DNA from: Deferribacterales bacterium
GTDB lineage: Bacteria; Chrysiogenota; Deferribacteres; Deferribacterales; Geovibrionaceae
Reading direction: 5' to 3'
Assembly: GCA_050253075.1 (NCBI GenBank)
Contig: JBFWJS010000004.1
Span: 32,001 to 96,000, forward strand
Length of the DNA: 64,000 bases
This document shows positions 25,102 through 34,621 of the stretch, piece by piece. Under the pieces are notes generated by a model, which saw only the letters and a list, made by a program, of their open reading frames with translations, was not told where the DNA came from and made no database searches. Position 1 is the stretch's first letter. Every line of letters starts with the position of its first letter. The position numbers and the translations under genes are program-made.

Positions 25102-25770
25102 ATGGACACACTATTTCTCTCTGTGAAAGATATGTCGGCAAAGCTGAACGTGTCTGAAAAGACTGTCTACCGCATGATCAACGATAACAAGATACCCTAT
25201 GGTATCAAGATCGGCGGGCAGTGGCGGTTTAATTCTGAAAAGATAGACAAATGGGTAAACAGCGGGAGCGCCTCCGAGGAGAGTACGCCGTCCTTAAAGG
25301 ACATCACAATAGGCGAGACCCTCGACTACGGCTCTGTGATATACAAGCTGTGCGGGACAAACCGTGACGAAACCCTCGATCAGATACTATCCATACTCAG
25401 CAGATTCACACCGGAAGAGAAGCAAAACATCAAGAAGAACATTTTGTACAAGGAATCTATTATATCCTCCTCTGTCAGCGGAGTATCGGTCATGATAGCC
25501 GACTACGACCAACAGATAAACAGCGGGAAGTCAGTCTTCGCCGTTGCATATCTGGATACTCCGCTGGATTTCAAGGCGATCGACGGCATCGCCACAGAGA
25601 TAGTAATACTCATCATCCCCGCAAATACGACAGAACAGCTCGTCCTCTCCACCAGACTGAGAGGACTGATGCATAACGATAAATTTGTGCAGATACTCAG
25701 GAGCGAGCCCACAAGGAGCGCTCTGATAGAATATGTTAAGGATCTCGAGTCTAAACTATTTTCGAAGTAG
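25102..25770 (+). CDS. Excisionase-type HTH fused to PTS EIIA-like domain
   Basis: LNVSEKTVYR...IP..KIGGQWRF; C-terminal LDTPLDFKAIDG typical of EIIA(Ntr/Fru) fold. Confidence 0.8.
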   Translation: MDTLFLSVKDMSAKLNVSEKTVYRMINDNKIPYGIKIGGQWRFNSEKIDKWVNSGSASEESTPSLKDITIGETLDYGSVIYKLCGTNRDETLDQILSILSRFTPEEKQNIKKNILYKESIISSSVSGVSVMIADYDQQINSGKSVFAVAYLDTPLDFKAIDGIATEIVILIIPANTTEQLVLSTRLRGLMHNDKFVQILRSEPTRSALIEYVKDLESKLFSK

Positions 25771-25777
25771 GTGAGCC

Positions 25778-27400
25778 ATGCCCAATGCCGCATCACGAAC
25801 AGCCCGTCTAAGGGGCGATATATACGGCGGTCTGACCGCAGCAGTCATTGCGCTCCCCCTTGCCCTCGCCTTTGGTGTTGCAAGCGGTGCAGGGGCACAG
25901 GCGGGTCTGTACGGAGCTATCATACTCGGCTTTGTAGCATCTGCCTTCGGCGGTACGGCTGTGCAGATATCCGGTCCGACAGGCCCGATGACAGTCGTCG
26001 CAGCATCTGCCATAGCAATATTTTCGGGCGATATATCGTCGGTGGTGACAGTCATATTCCTCGGCGGTGTGTTTCAGATAATGCTGGGCGTGCTGAAGGT
26101 GGGGAAGCTGGTTCGCTTCATCCCTTACCCTGTAATATCAGGCTTCATGACGGGGATCGGGGTGATAATCATACTGCTTCAGATACACCCCCTCGTCGGT
26201 GCCGAAGGGTACAGCTCGCCGATACTGGCTGTGGAACATCTGCCGGGCGTCTTTCAGGGATTCAGACCTGCCGATGCCGCTCTAGGGCTCATCACCCTCG
26301 TGATAGTCTTCTTCTTTCCCAAAAAACTCTCTGCAAAGCTCCCGTCGCCTCTGGCGGCGCTCATCATATGCACAGCCGCATCCGTTATATTTAAGATGGA
26401 TGTGACAACCATAGGGCACATCCCCACAGAGCTGCCGAAGCTGATAATGCCGTCGCTTGACATAGCACACCTCACATTCATGGTGACCACTGCGCTGTCT
26501 CTCGCCGTGCTCGGCTCCATAGACTCGCTTCTGACTTCGCTGGTGGCGGACTCCCTCACAAAGACAAACCACAACCCGAACAAAGAGCTGATAGCTCAGG
26601 GAATGGGAAACTCTCTGGCGGCACTCGTCGGAGGCATCCCCGGTGCAGGGGCGACAATGCGTACCGTAGTGAATGTTAAGGCCGGGGGCACAACCCGCTT
26701 TTCAGGGATACTGCATGCCTTAGTGCTCCTTTTGATAATGCTCATCTTCGGCGGAGAGGCAGAGATGATACCCATGGCAGTGCTTTCGGGTATACTGATA
26801 AAGGTCGGGATAGACATAGTCGACTATCGTTTCCTCAGAATACTGAAAAAAGCACCCAGACACGACACGATCGTCATGTTTGCAGTGCTTGGTCTTACGG
26901 TTTTCGTTGACCTCATCGTTGCCGTGGGTGTCGGCATAGTGCTCGCATCCATACTGCTGACATACCGCATAGCGAGCCAGACCAGCACACAGATACACGA
27001 GATACCGATAGATATAGAAGAACACGAGCTGAGCCGTGAGGTTCAGGAGAGTACAAAATACTCCATACGAGTGGTTGATATAAACGGACCGTTCTTTTTC
27101 GGCTCTACCAGCCAGATAGTGGGCAAAATAGGCCAGCTGCTCGGCACGCAGATAGTCATATTCAACTGCCGTAACGTGCCTTTCATAGATTATTCTGCCG
27201 TCTTTGCCCTTTCTGAAAAGATAATGAAGCTGAACGGACACGGCATAATGACCATGCTCGTATTCAGCGAGGATATAGCCGAAAGCCTTAAAAAGTGTGA
27301 GATAACGAAACTCCTGCCGAAGGAGCACATCTTCACCACTCTGGAAGACGCAGTGAAACATGCGGAAAAGCACTTCCACGAAAACAGTATAAAAAAATAA
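25778..27400 (+). CDS. SulP/SLC26 family anion permease with STAS domain (BicA-like)
   Basis: GD..GGLTAAVIALPLALAFG, QISGPTGPM, DSLLTS, NKELIAQG, GATMRT, GPFFFG. Confidence 0.92.
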   Translation: MPNAASRTARLRGDIYGGLTAAVIALPLALAFGVASGAGAQAGLYGAIILGFVASAFGGTAVQISGPTGPMTVVAASAIAIFSGDISSVVTVIFLGGVFQIMLGVLKVGKLVRFIPYPVISGFMTGIGVIIILLQIHPLVGAEGYSSPILAVEHLPGVFQGFRPADAALGLITLVIVFFFPKKLSAKLPSPLAALIICTAASVIFKMDVTTIGHIPTELPKLIMPSLDIAHLTFMVTTALSLAVLGSIDSLLTSLVADSLTKTNHNPNKELIAQGMGNSLAALVGGIPGAGATMRTVVNVKAGGTTRFSGILHALVLLLIMLIFGGEAEMIPMAVLSGILIKVGIDIVDYRFLRILKKAPRHDTIVMFAVLGLTVFVDLIVAVGVGIVLASILLTYRIASQTSTQIHEIPIDIEEHELSREVQESTKYSIRVVDINGPFFFGSTSQIVGKIGQLLGTQIVIFNCRNVPFIDYSAVFALSEKIMKLNGHGIMTMLVFSEDIAESLKKCEITKLLPKEHIFTTLEDAVKHAEKHFHENSIKK

Positions 27401-27423
27401 AGGGCGGTATCACCCCGAGCCGT

Positions 27424-27664
27424 TTAAAATATTTGTTGCAGAATCTCTAAAACAAACACAGCTAATTCATTCTGAACGGAGTGGAGAATCTGATACCATC
27501 AGAGAATCCAAGTGTTCAGATCCTTCGGCTAAAGCCTAACATCTTCTTGTCATTCTGAGCCTGTTTAAAGGCGTAAGAATCTCAGACTGCTGCTTATTAA
27601 GCTCCTCAGAGTGACGGTTACCTTTTCTTATCTTAAATATTTTTCGCAGCAACACGTCTTTTAA
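27424..27664. mobile_element. MITE-like element, copy 2
   Basis: Ends ttaaaatatttgttg / caacacgtcttttaa; left part matches copy 1; additional REP-like unit at 27549-27615. Confidence 0.7.
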
Positions 27665-27696
27665 AAGGCTTAGATATCACCTGCCCTCTTGATTTA

Positions 27697-29379
27697 TCAA
27701 TCAACCTGCAGAACCACAGGTTCGTTTATCCCCGTGTCGAAATTCTTCTCTGATATCGTCTCCTGAACATTTACAACAGGCTCCACGTTTGCATCACGTC
27801 CATAGATAAAGCTCTGATCCTCAACGATAACCTTGTACGCTTTATTCAGCGTCACCGCACGTTCGGCAGATGGGTAAAGGAGCAGGCTGACATCACCGTG
27901 CAGTGCCTCTATCATGTCCTTTTTAATACTGCCGTCCTTGTTAAAGAACTTTTCCATCACTTCATAATTACCTCGGAACTCGTCCCCTGCCTTGTTGTTT
28001 TCAAGGTAAAAGGAATACTCATATCTCTCGCCGTATTTTTCATATGTTGCTTTAGGCTCGGGCGTACCCTCCAGACCTTTCTGTGTCCAGTGATACCACC
28101 CACGCTGGAATGATTTTCCGTCGAACTTTCTGGGGAAAGAAAAGATGCTGTCCGTTGTCACGCCGAGGTTTGTGTGACATCCCATGCAAAAGATATTTTC
28201 CTCGAATGTCTGCGGGCGGAGGTTCCCTTCGGCATCCTCGATGAATGCCTGATAAGCCCACCCCTGCGAGTTGCTTACGCCCTCTTCCACATCGCCGTAG
28301 TATTCACCCAGCCTGTCGGGGAAGTCGTATGTCTCTTTCATCTCTTCTCTGGCGAGGTGTTCGAGAACGGTGTAGTTCTTATACCTCTTCTTCACTGCAT
28401 AGCGGAGCTCCTTCATACGGGGAGACATGGCTATGCTTCCGTCTTTCACGTCTATGTATCTAACAGAGTGCAGGAATTCTGTCCCCTGAGGGAACAGCCC
28501 GGCAGCTATCTGTATATCGCCTTTTTTAAACATCTTTTCCGCTAGCCCCACAAGGTGCATCAGCTCGCCGTTTCTGGGATCCCACCTGTAGACAACCTTT
28601 GACGCTATGTCCGCCTTACCGTTTTTGTTCAGGTCAATGCCGTATTTCGACTCATCCACGGGGTCTATATCCACATCACGCATCATGACCATAGCCTCCA
28701 CCACAGCCATATTCAGCTTATACACTTCAAGATCGAATTTACCCTCTGCATCCTTGCGGAAGTCGCTTGAGAGCCTTATCAGCACATCGTCCGTGGAGCC
28801 GTTTGTCGGCCAGAATGTCCCGAGGAATGGTGAATATGCAAACGCCCTCCACCCTGTGAAGCGTCCGTCGGGAGATTTGTCAAAGCCCTGCGCATCAAAG
28901 CTGAAGTAACAGTCGGGGATGTATCCGTCCCACTTTCCGTTTCCGTTATAGTCCCATTCCTTCGGCAGGTTAGACAGCTCCCCTGCGAGGATTATCTTTC
29001 CGTCTTTAGCTTTATAGTTGTCCATGCGGACATACTGCATTATCTCTTTGTCCGAGATGGCTTTTACCCGCTCGGTCTTATCGAGAAAGAGGTTCTTCCA
29101 TCTGTTGTCGTTAAGGTATTCAGCGAAATCATAAGAAGACTGAAGGTCTCCGTCGGCGTTGTAATTGGGCTCTACAGAGTTTGTATGACAGCTGTAGCAA
29201 GGGTTGTAAACCTCGCCCTTCTCACCTTTCGTCTTTGTATAGCACTGCGGAGGCAGGTATGCTGCCTCGTTCACGGTGCTTTTGGATGTCAGGTTTTTAT
29301 ACGCCCTGCTCTTTGCCCCTGCCGTAAATGCAGAGACAGCCATAACCACAGAAAAAACAATCAGTAATAACTTTTTCAT
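27697..29379 (-). CDS. Exported hypothetical protein with two CxxCH heme c motifs
   Basis: Signal peptide MKKLLLIVFSVVMAVSAFTAGA; CYSCH and CMGCH; DxNxNG loops; ATG 29379 preferred. Confidence 0.75.
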   Translation of the reverse strand: MKKLLLIVFSVVMAVSAFTAGAKSRAYKNLTSKSTVNEAAYLPPQCYTKTKGEKGEVYNPCYSCHTNSVEPNYNADGDLQSSYDFAEYLNDNRWKNLFLDKTERVKAISDKEIMQYVRMDNYKAKDGKIILAGELSNLPKEWDYNGNGKWDGYIPDCYFSFDAQGFDKSPDGRFTGWRAFAYSPFLGTFWPTNGSTDDVLIRLSSDFRKDAEGKFDLEVYKLNMAVVEAMVMMRDVDIDPVDESKYGIDLNKNGKADIASKVVYRWDPRNGELMHLVGLAEKMFKKGDIQIAAGLFPQGTEFLHSVRYIDVKDGSIAMSPRMKELRYAVKKRYKNYTVLEHLAREEMKETYDFPDRLGEYYGDVEEGVSNSQGWAYQAFIEDAEGNLRPQTFEENIFCMGCHTNLGVTTDSIFSFPRKFDGKSFQRGWYHWTQKGLEGTPEPKATYEKYGERYEYSFYLENNKAGDEFRGNYEVMEKFFNKDGSIKKDMIEALHGDVSLLLYPSAERAVTLNKAYKVIVEDQSFIYGRDANVEPVVNVQETISEKNFDTGINEPVVLQVD

Positions 29380-29463
29380 AAACCACCAAACCAATAATTA
29401 AAAAAAGCACACAGAGCCGTTAAGCCCCGTGTGCCTTATATATGTCAAAAACTTTTTCGACTA

Positions 29464-31329
29464 TTAATCCATAGCAGGGAAAGGACCTACATAGCCTGTG
29501 TAGCCTCTTGTAGCTTCAGATCCCGGTGTTGTTTTATCTTCGTCAGATTCACCGTATGGGTGCTGGATAACAGACATCATATACGCCCATCCGTTAATGT
29601 TAGGGTAAAAGTATGGTGATGTTGTCTCAGAGCCGTAAGGTGTTGTCTGGATACGTGTGAGTTTCTTATCTTTCAGGTTGTAAGACCAGATAACGTCATT
29701 CTGGTGACCGGAGCCTGTGTCCTCACCAATGATGAGAGTGTTGTATCCGGGCATGAATGTGAGGTTATCAGGGTTTGATATACCGTCGAGGTCACATTTG
29801 TTCTTTTCGAACTCGCTCCCTTTCTCATACATTTTACTGTCGTTGAAAGCGCCGTAGCCTATTGTGAGAGGCTTGCCTTTCACCACTGCGTACATGTTCC
29901 TAGCTACATAGTTCTCGTCGAGGTCGAGGGCATATACGGCACCGCAGTTGTTCAGCATCAGCTTGATGTCGTTGTATCCGCCGCCGTCGTAAGAAGATGA
30001 AGGCTTGCCGTTCTTCTTCATGTTTTCCATACCGCGTGAAACTTCGGAGATAGCGAGGTACATAGTGTTTGTATCAGGGTCGAGTGTGATACCTTCCATC
30101 TTACGGAACTCTGTAGTACCGCCCATGATGGCTGCGTATCTGCGTGTCTCAAGTCTGGAAGCAGCCTTGGCCATTCCCTTTTTAACTTTCAGACACTCTT
30201 TGCCTGTTGTTGTGTTGATGTGTGTGAAGCCCGGGGTGGAGCATTTTCCGTCTTTAGCCTCTTCAGCATCAAATATGTCATAGAAAGAAACTTTTTCGTT
30301 GATGTAGTGAGCTATCTCAGCATCTGTGGAGTGTCCGAGGCTTATCCAGCCGAGGTCGGCTTCGCCGCCGCCGACAGCTTTTTTCTGTATCCACTTAGCC
30401 ACGTAAAGAGTACCTGCGCTGAGGTCGCCCTTTTTATCAGCGACAAAGCGGAAGAGACCGACGTTTGTTCCGTCGTCTGAGATGTATGCTGTTTTGCCGT
30501 CAGGCATAACGTATGAGAGCTCGTGAGCAACGCGTCCCATAGCGTAATGCTTTGCTACTTTTACATAGTCGTAGTCGTCTACGTTTATCTCTATCTGATA
30601 TCCATAGTCGTATGCGTTCATATCTTTGAAAGCAGCAGGCTTTGTATCTTTCGGGTCGAGACCGAAATATTTTGTCTGTGAGAAATCGTATTCGTCGTTA
30701 AAGTTGCCTGTGACAGGGTCAACTTTTCTTGCATCGGGCTCATACTCTTCAGAAGCGAGGTGAGCGCCCCATGGTGTTACGCTGCCCGCACAGTGTACCC
30801 ATCCGCCCTTGACGTTTGAATAGTCTATGTGGCGTGTTTTCATAGCTGTGAGCTTGCCTGTTGCCTTGTCCTGAGACAGAGCAGTGATGTATATCGCACC
30901 GGGGGAGTTCTCAAAGTGGGATACCATATAAAGGTTTCCGTCGCGTCCTGTGATGAGCGATGCGAAGTCGTTGCTCACAGAGATAAACTTTGAGCCGTCT
31001 TTATTTATGATCTCTTTTCCGTCCTTATCAAACATAAGTCCGAATGTTCCGTTTGCAGGGTTGCCTTGTGGGTTTTCGCCGCTTCTGAGGATAGTGTTAT
31101 ATCCGATGGCGTATTCCTTGCCGTTGATAGTAACTTTGCTAGATGCGAGTATGTCGCGCTTCTCTGCGTCAGTAGCAGGTGCCTTCACACCTTCGAAGAT
31201 GATGCTCTTCTCGGCAGATGATGTCTTCTCAGGGGTCGTCTTTACATTCCCGGAGCCGGCGCAGGCGGTAATAGCAGCTGTGACAGCCACGGCGCAGGCA
31301 AATGTAGTAAATCTTTTAACTATGCACAT
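29464..31329 (-). CDS. phoX: PhoX family (DUF839) alkaline phosphatase, lipoprotein
   Basis: CAGSVTPWG.HL.SEEY, MGR.AHE, NPDNL, GEDTG, GSETT, QHP; lipobox ITAC. Confidence 0.88.
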   Translation of the reverse strand: MCIVKRFTTFACAVAVTAAITACAGSGNVKTTPEKTSSAEKSIIFEGVKAPATDAEKRDILASSKVTINGKEYAIGYNTILRSGENPQGNPANGTFGLMFDKDGKEIINKDGSKFISVSNDFASLITGRDGNLYMVSHFENSPGAIYITALSQDKATGKLTAMKTRHIDYSNVKGGWVHCAGSVTPWGAHLASEEYEPDARKVDPVTGNFNDEYDFSQTKYFGLDPKDTKPAAFKDMNAYDYGYQIEINVDDYDYVKVAKHYAMGRVAHELSYVMPDGKTAYISDDGTNVGLFRFVADKKGDLSAGTLYVAKWIQKKAVGGGEADLGWISLGHSTDAEIAHYINEKVSFYDIFDAEEAKDGKCSTPGFTHINTTTGKECLKVKKGMAKAASRLETRRYAAIMGGTTEFRKMEGITLDPDTNTMYLAISEVSRGMENMKKNGKPSSSYDGGGYNDIKLMLNNCGAVYALDLDENYVARNMYAVVKGKPLTIGYGAFNDSKMYEKGSEFEKNKCDLDGISNPDNLTFMPGYNTLIIGEDTGSGHQNDVIWSYNLKDKKLTRIQTTPYGSETTSPYFYPNINGWAYMMSVIQHPYGESDEDKTTPGSEATRGYTGYVGPFPAMD

Positions 31330-31518
31330 TATGTACCCTCTCCTAATAATTTTAATTGAGATTAGCAAAGGGTTATTATCTAGTTTCAAAATCTATGTTG
31401 TTAAAGTGTAAAATTTATTAAATAAAAGCAAATTTCACTCAGTTATAAATATGCTTTAGAACTAAAAAGGCCCGCCTTTAAAAGACGAGCCCTATATAGT
31501 GTTTAAATCGACAGTATC

Positions 31519-34371
31519 TTACTGGTCGAGTGTTATTTCCATAAACTCAGCCATCACTTTGAATATCTGAGTATTGTCTATAAGCCCTGTAGCCACAGAC
31601 GGATATGATGATCCCGCATATTTACCGAAGAGTGTCTCCGCAGCATAGCCTTTTGCATATACGGATACATTCTCGTTTGTATGACCGCCGGAGCCGTAGT
31701 AAACCTCTCCGTCAGGGTAAACAAAGCTGCCGCAGTATTCGCCGTCAGGACATGTACCTGTGAATGCTTCCTGAGCAGGAAGTTCACCGAGCCCCGGAGC
31801 GAGCGCCCTGTTTGTTCTGAGATAACTGTTACCGTGGTCGGATGTCACGATGATCAGTGTGTTAGACCAGTCAATGTTATCTCCCGGCTGATCAACGAAA
31901 TCTATAGCTTCTTTGACAGCGTTTTCAAGATCCATGATCCCGCCGACCATACCTGCATAGTTATTAGCGTGGTTGCTCCAGTCGATATCGCCCTGCTCCA
32001 CCATGAGGAAAAAGCCCGCAGGGTTTGTGGAAAGGACTGTCAGAGCAGCAAGAGTGGACTCCGCAAGTGAAGGATCTTCATCATCAGCCTTCTCGAAAGT
32101 CGGCGAGCCGGGGTTGTCAGTAACCAGCGGTGTGGCTATCTGTGTAGCTCCAAAGAGACCGAAGAGTTTCTTGCCCTGAACAGCGGCTGTTTCCGCAGCA
32201 GCAAGGAGAGTTTCTCCGCCGTTCTCACCGTCTGTCTTCTCGACAAAGACGTATTCGCTGTCGGTAGATATAGCGTTGTATGCTTCTTCTGTAATGTAGT
32301 TAAAGCTGCCTACATAGTCAGGGTGGCCTGCACCGATAACAACATCAGGTCTTGTCACATTAACAACCTCTTCTGATATCTCTCCGTAATTATTTCTGTT
32401 TACGTTGTGGGAGGAGAAAGAGGCAGGTGTGGCGTGTGTAAACTCAACAGTTGAAACAACACCGTATGCACCGTCACGCTGACTTCTCACTTTATCAGAA
32501 ATGTTAAGGAGCTGACCGTCGGCAGGGTCGCCTGTGCTCCAGCCTATGTTTCCGTCATCAGTTTTAACACCTGTTGCCATAGCTGTCCCTGCAGAAGCAG
32601 AATCTGTAGCATGTGCAAGCATGTAATTGTCTATGAGAGGATAAGGAAGAGAGCCTGCGATCGCCGGATTATAACCGATTGAATAATCAACCTGATTTGC
32701 ATAAACAGCAGCAGCATAGTTCATCTCGCCTTTCACGGCGGCATATGAGTTATATGTATCCACGTCCCATGTGGTAACAAAAGACTGGAATTCGAAATCA
32801 TTGAATGAAAGAGCCTCGTCTTCGCCTGTGAGATAACGTGAACCTGCTATTTCATGTGCTTTCTGCATACCGTCACCGATGAAGAGTATAACGTTGCGTC
32901 CGTTATCAGCAGCATATTTGGATACTTTGTTTATATCAGTGTTGTCGAGTATCTGAGCTCCGGAATAATGTGAACCCAGAAGCGACTCAAACCGGCTGAC
33001 ATCAGCACCCTTGGCATAGATAGACACGAGCTCGTTTGTGTGACCGCCTGTTCCGTAGTAAACATCGCCGTCGTCATATGTGAAAGAACCGCCGTTTGCT
33101 GTCTGAGTAGGCAGATCGCCCATTCCGGGAGCAAGGGCAGAGTTAAATCTCATGTAGCTGTTACCGTGGTCGGATGTAACTATGATAGTAGTGTTATCCC
33201 AGTCCATACCGTTTAAGCCTGCATCTATAAGCTCCTCAGCCTTTTCAACTGCATAGTGAAGGTCGATAACGCCTCCCACCATACCTGAATAGTTGTTTGC
33301 ATGGTTGCTCCAGTCGATGTCACCCTGCTCTACCATAAGGAAAAAGCCGCCTGTACCTGTTGACTGACTGAGAACCCGAACAGCCGCCTCGGTAGATTCG
33401 GAGAGAAGCGGGTCTTCCTCATTTGTATTAGCAAATGTAGGAGCATCCGGAGTGTCTGTCACTGTCGGAGTAGCTATCTGTGTAGCTCCGAAGAGACCGA
33501 AGAGTTTTGTATTGCCGCCAACCGCAGCCGTAGCAGCAGCAAGGAGAGCGTCTCCGCCGTCGAAGCCGACTGTTCTCTCTACAAATGTATATGTAGGGTC
33601 AACCTGAATAGCTGCGTAGTCAACAGCTGCGATGTAGGTGTTTGAGCCTACAAACGTAGGGTGACCTGCACCGATAACAACATCAGGCTGAGTAGTGGTA
33701 ATTATCTCGTTAGCAATCTCAGTATAGTTGTTTCTGTATACGTTATGGCTTGAGAAAGCTGCAGGTGTCGCGTGTGATATCTCAACAGTGGACACCACGC
33801 CGTATTTGCTGCCTGCATTCACACTTTTATAGTATTCACCGATAAGCTCAAGCTCGCCGCCCGCAGGGTCGCCTGTTTCCCATGCAATATTTCCGGCATC
33901 AGTTTTTTTACCTGTGGACATTGCCGTACCTGCAGAGGCAGAGTCGGTGGCACTGGCACCTGTCGAACTATCAAGAAAATATTTATCTTTAACCATTGAG
34001 GAAGCACCGGCTTTTATAAGGTTAAAACCGATGGAAGGATCGAAAGAGTCAGCAGAATATTCGTCCGCACCCTCGTCTGCGGCATAGCCGTTATATGCAG
34101 ATATATCCCATGTTGTCGCATAACCGGAATATGGAAATACCGAAGTATCTTTCCACAGCATTCCCTCTTCGTCACCATAGAAGTAACGGCCCGCAGCCGC
34201 CTCGTGTTCTTCGTGCATACCATCCCCGATAAAGAGGATAACGTTTTTCGGCACAGTATAACCGTCTGTTCCGGAAAGACCGTTTGCGCCATTGTCTCCG
34301 TCTGAGCCACACCCGATGAGTGCAGCAAGTGAGAAGACAACCAAAAAGATTCTCATCACATTTGCTTTCAA
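31519..34371 (-). CDS. Alkaline phosphatase (PhoA family) with two tandem catalytic domains, lipoprotein
   Basis: ILFIGDGM, ATDSASAGTAM, HATPA, VEQGDIDWSNHANN, TSDHG, GHTNE each present twice; lipobox LIGC. Confidence 0.9.
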   Translation of the reverse strand: MKANVMRIFLVVFSLAALIGCGSDGDNGANGLSGTDGYTVPKNVILFIGDGMHEEHEAAAGRYFYGDEEGMLWKDTSVFPYSGYATTWDISAYNGYAADEGADEYSADSFDPSIGFNLIKAGASSMVKDKYFLDSSTGASATDSASAGTAMSTGKKTDAGNIAWETGDPAGGELELIGEYYKSVNAGSKYGVVSTVEISHATPAAFSSHNVYRNNYTEIANEIITTTQPDVVIGAGHPTFVGSNTYIAAVDYAAIQVDPTYTFVERTVGFDGGDALLAAATAAVGGNTKLFGLFGATQIATPTVTDTPDAPTFANTNEEDPLLSESTEAAVRVLSQSTGTGGFFLMVEQGDIDWSNHANNYSGMVGGVIDLHYAVEKAEELIDAGLNGMDWDNTTIIVTSDHGNSYMRFNSALAPGMGDLPTQTANGGSFTYDDGDVYYGTGGHTNELVSIYAKGADVSRFESLLGSHYSGAQILDNTDINKVSKYAADNGRNVILFIGDGMQKAHEIAGSRYLTGEDEALSFNDFEFQSFVTTWDVDTYNSYAAVKGEMNYAAAVYANQVDYSIGYNPAIAGSLPYPLIDNYMLAHATDSASAGTAMATGVKTDDGNIGWSTGDPADGQLLNISDKVRSQRDGAYGVVSTVEFTHATPASFSSHNVNRNNYGEISEEVVNVTRPDVVIGAGHPDYVGSFNYITEEAYNAISTDSEYVFVEKTDGENGGETLLAAAETAAVQGKKLFGLFGATQIATPLVTDNPGSPTFEKADDEDPSLAESTLAALTVLSTNPAGFFLMVEQGDIDWSNHANNYAGMVGGIMDLENAVKEAIDFVDQPGDNIDWSNTLIIVTSDHGNSYLRTNRALAPGLGELPAQEAFTGTCPDGEYCGSFVYPDGEVYYGSGGHTNENVSVYAKGYAAETLFGKYAGSSYPSVATGLIDNTQIFKVMAEFMEITLDQ

Positions 34372-34583
34372 GATAAACCTCCAAAAAATAATAAGTGCAT
34401 AAAAAGCACCGAATACCGTTCAGTAATACATCTTGAAAGTCAGGGTTAGATTATAAACATATGGTCGTTTTGTTAGTGTTTTTTCATAAAATTATCACAT
34501 AGCGTTTTGATTATTACTATTTGATATAATTGATAAAATCGAAATAACACCATTAACTTAAATAGGAAACAAAGCAGAAAGGA

Positions 34584-34609
34584 GGTAAGGCTCAGAAAAG
34601 AGCCTTACC
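34584..34609 (-). terminator. Hairpin after fumC
   Basis: ggtaaggctc-agaaaa-gagccttacc perfect 10-bp stem. Confidence 0.55.
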
Positions 34610-34621
34610 GATTGTTTACAA

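Noticed and set aside
25102..25770. Excisionase as a sign of a prophage or ICE
   Set aside because: Fused to an EIIA-like domain; no integrase or phage genes nearby
25771..26394. 207-aa Arg/Cys-rich alternative-frame ORF
   Set aside because: Frame-shifted shadow of the sulP gene
31385..31440. Pho box upstream of phoX
   Set aside because: Only weak AT-rich 11-bp periodicity, not distinguishable from background by eye
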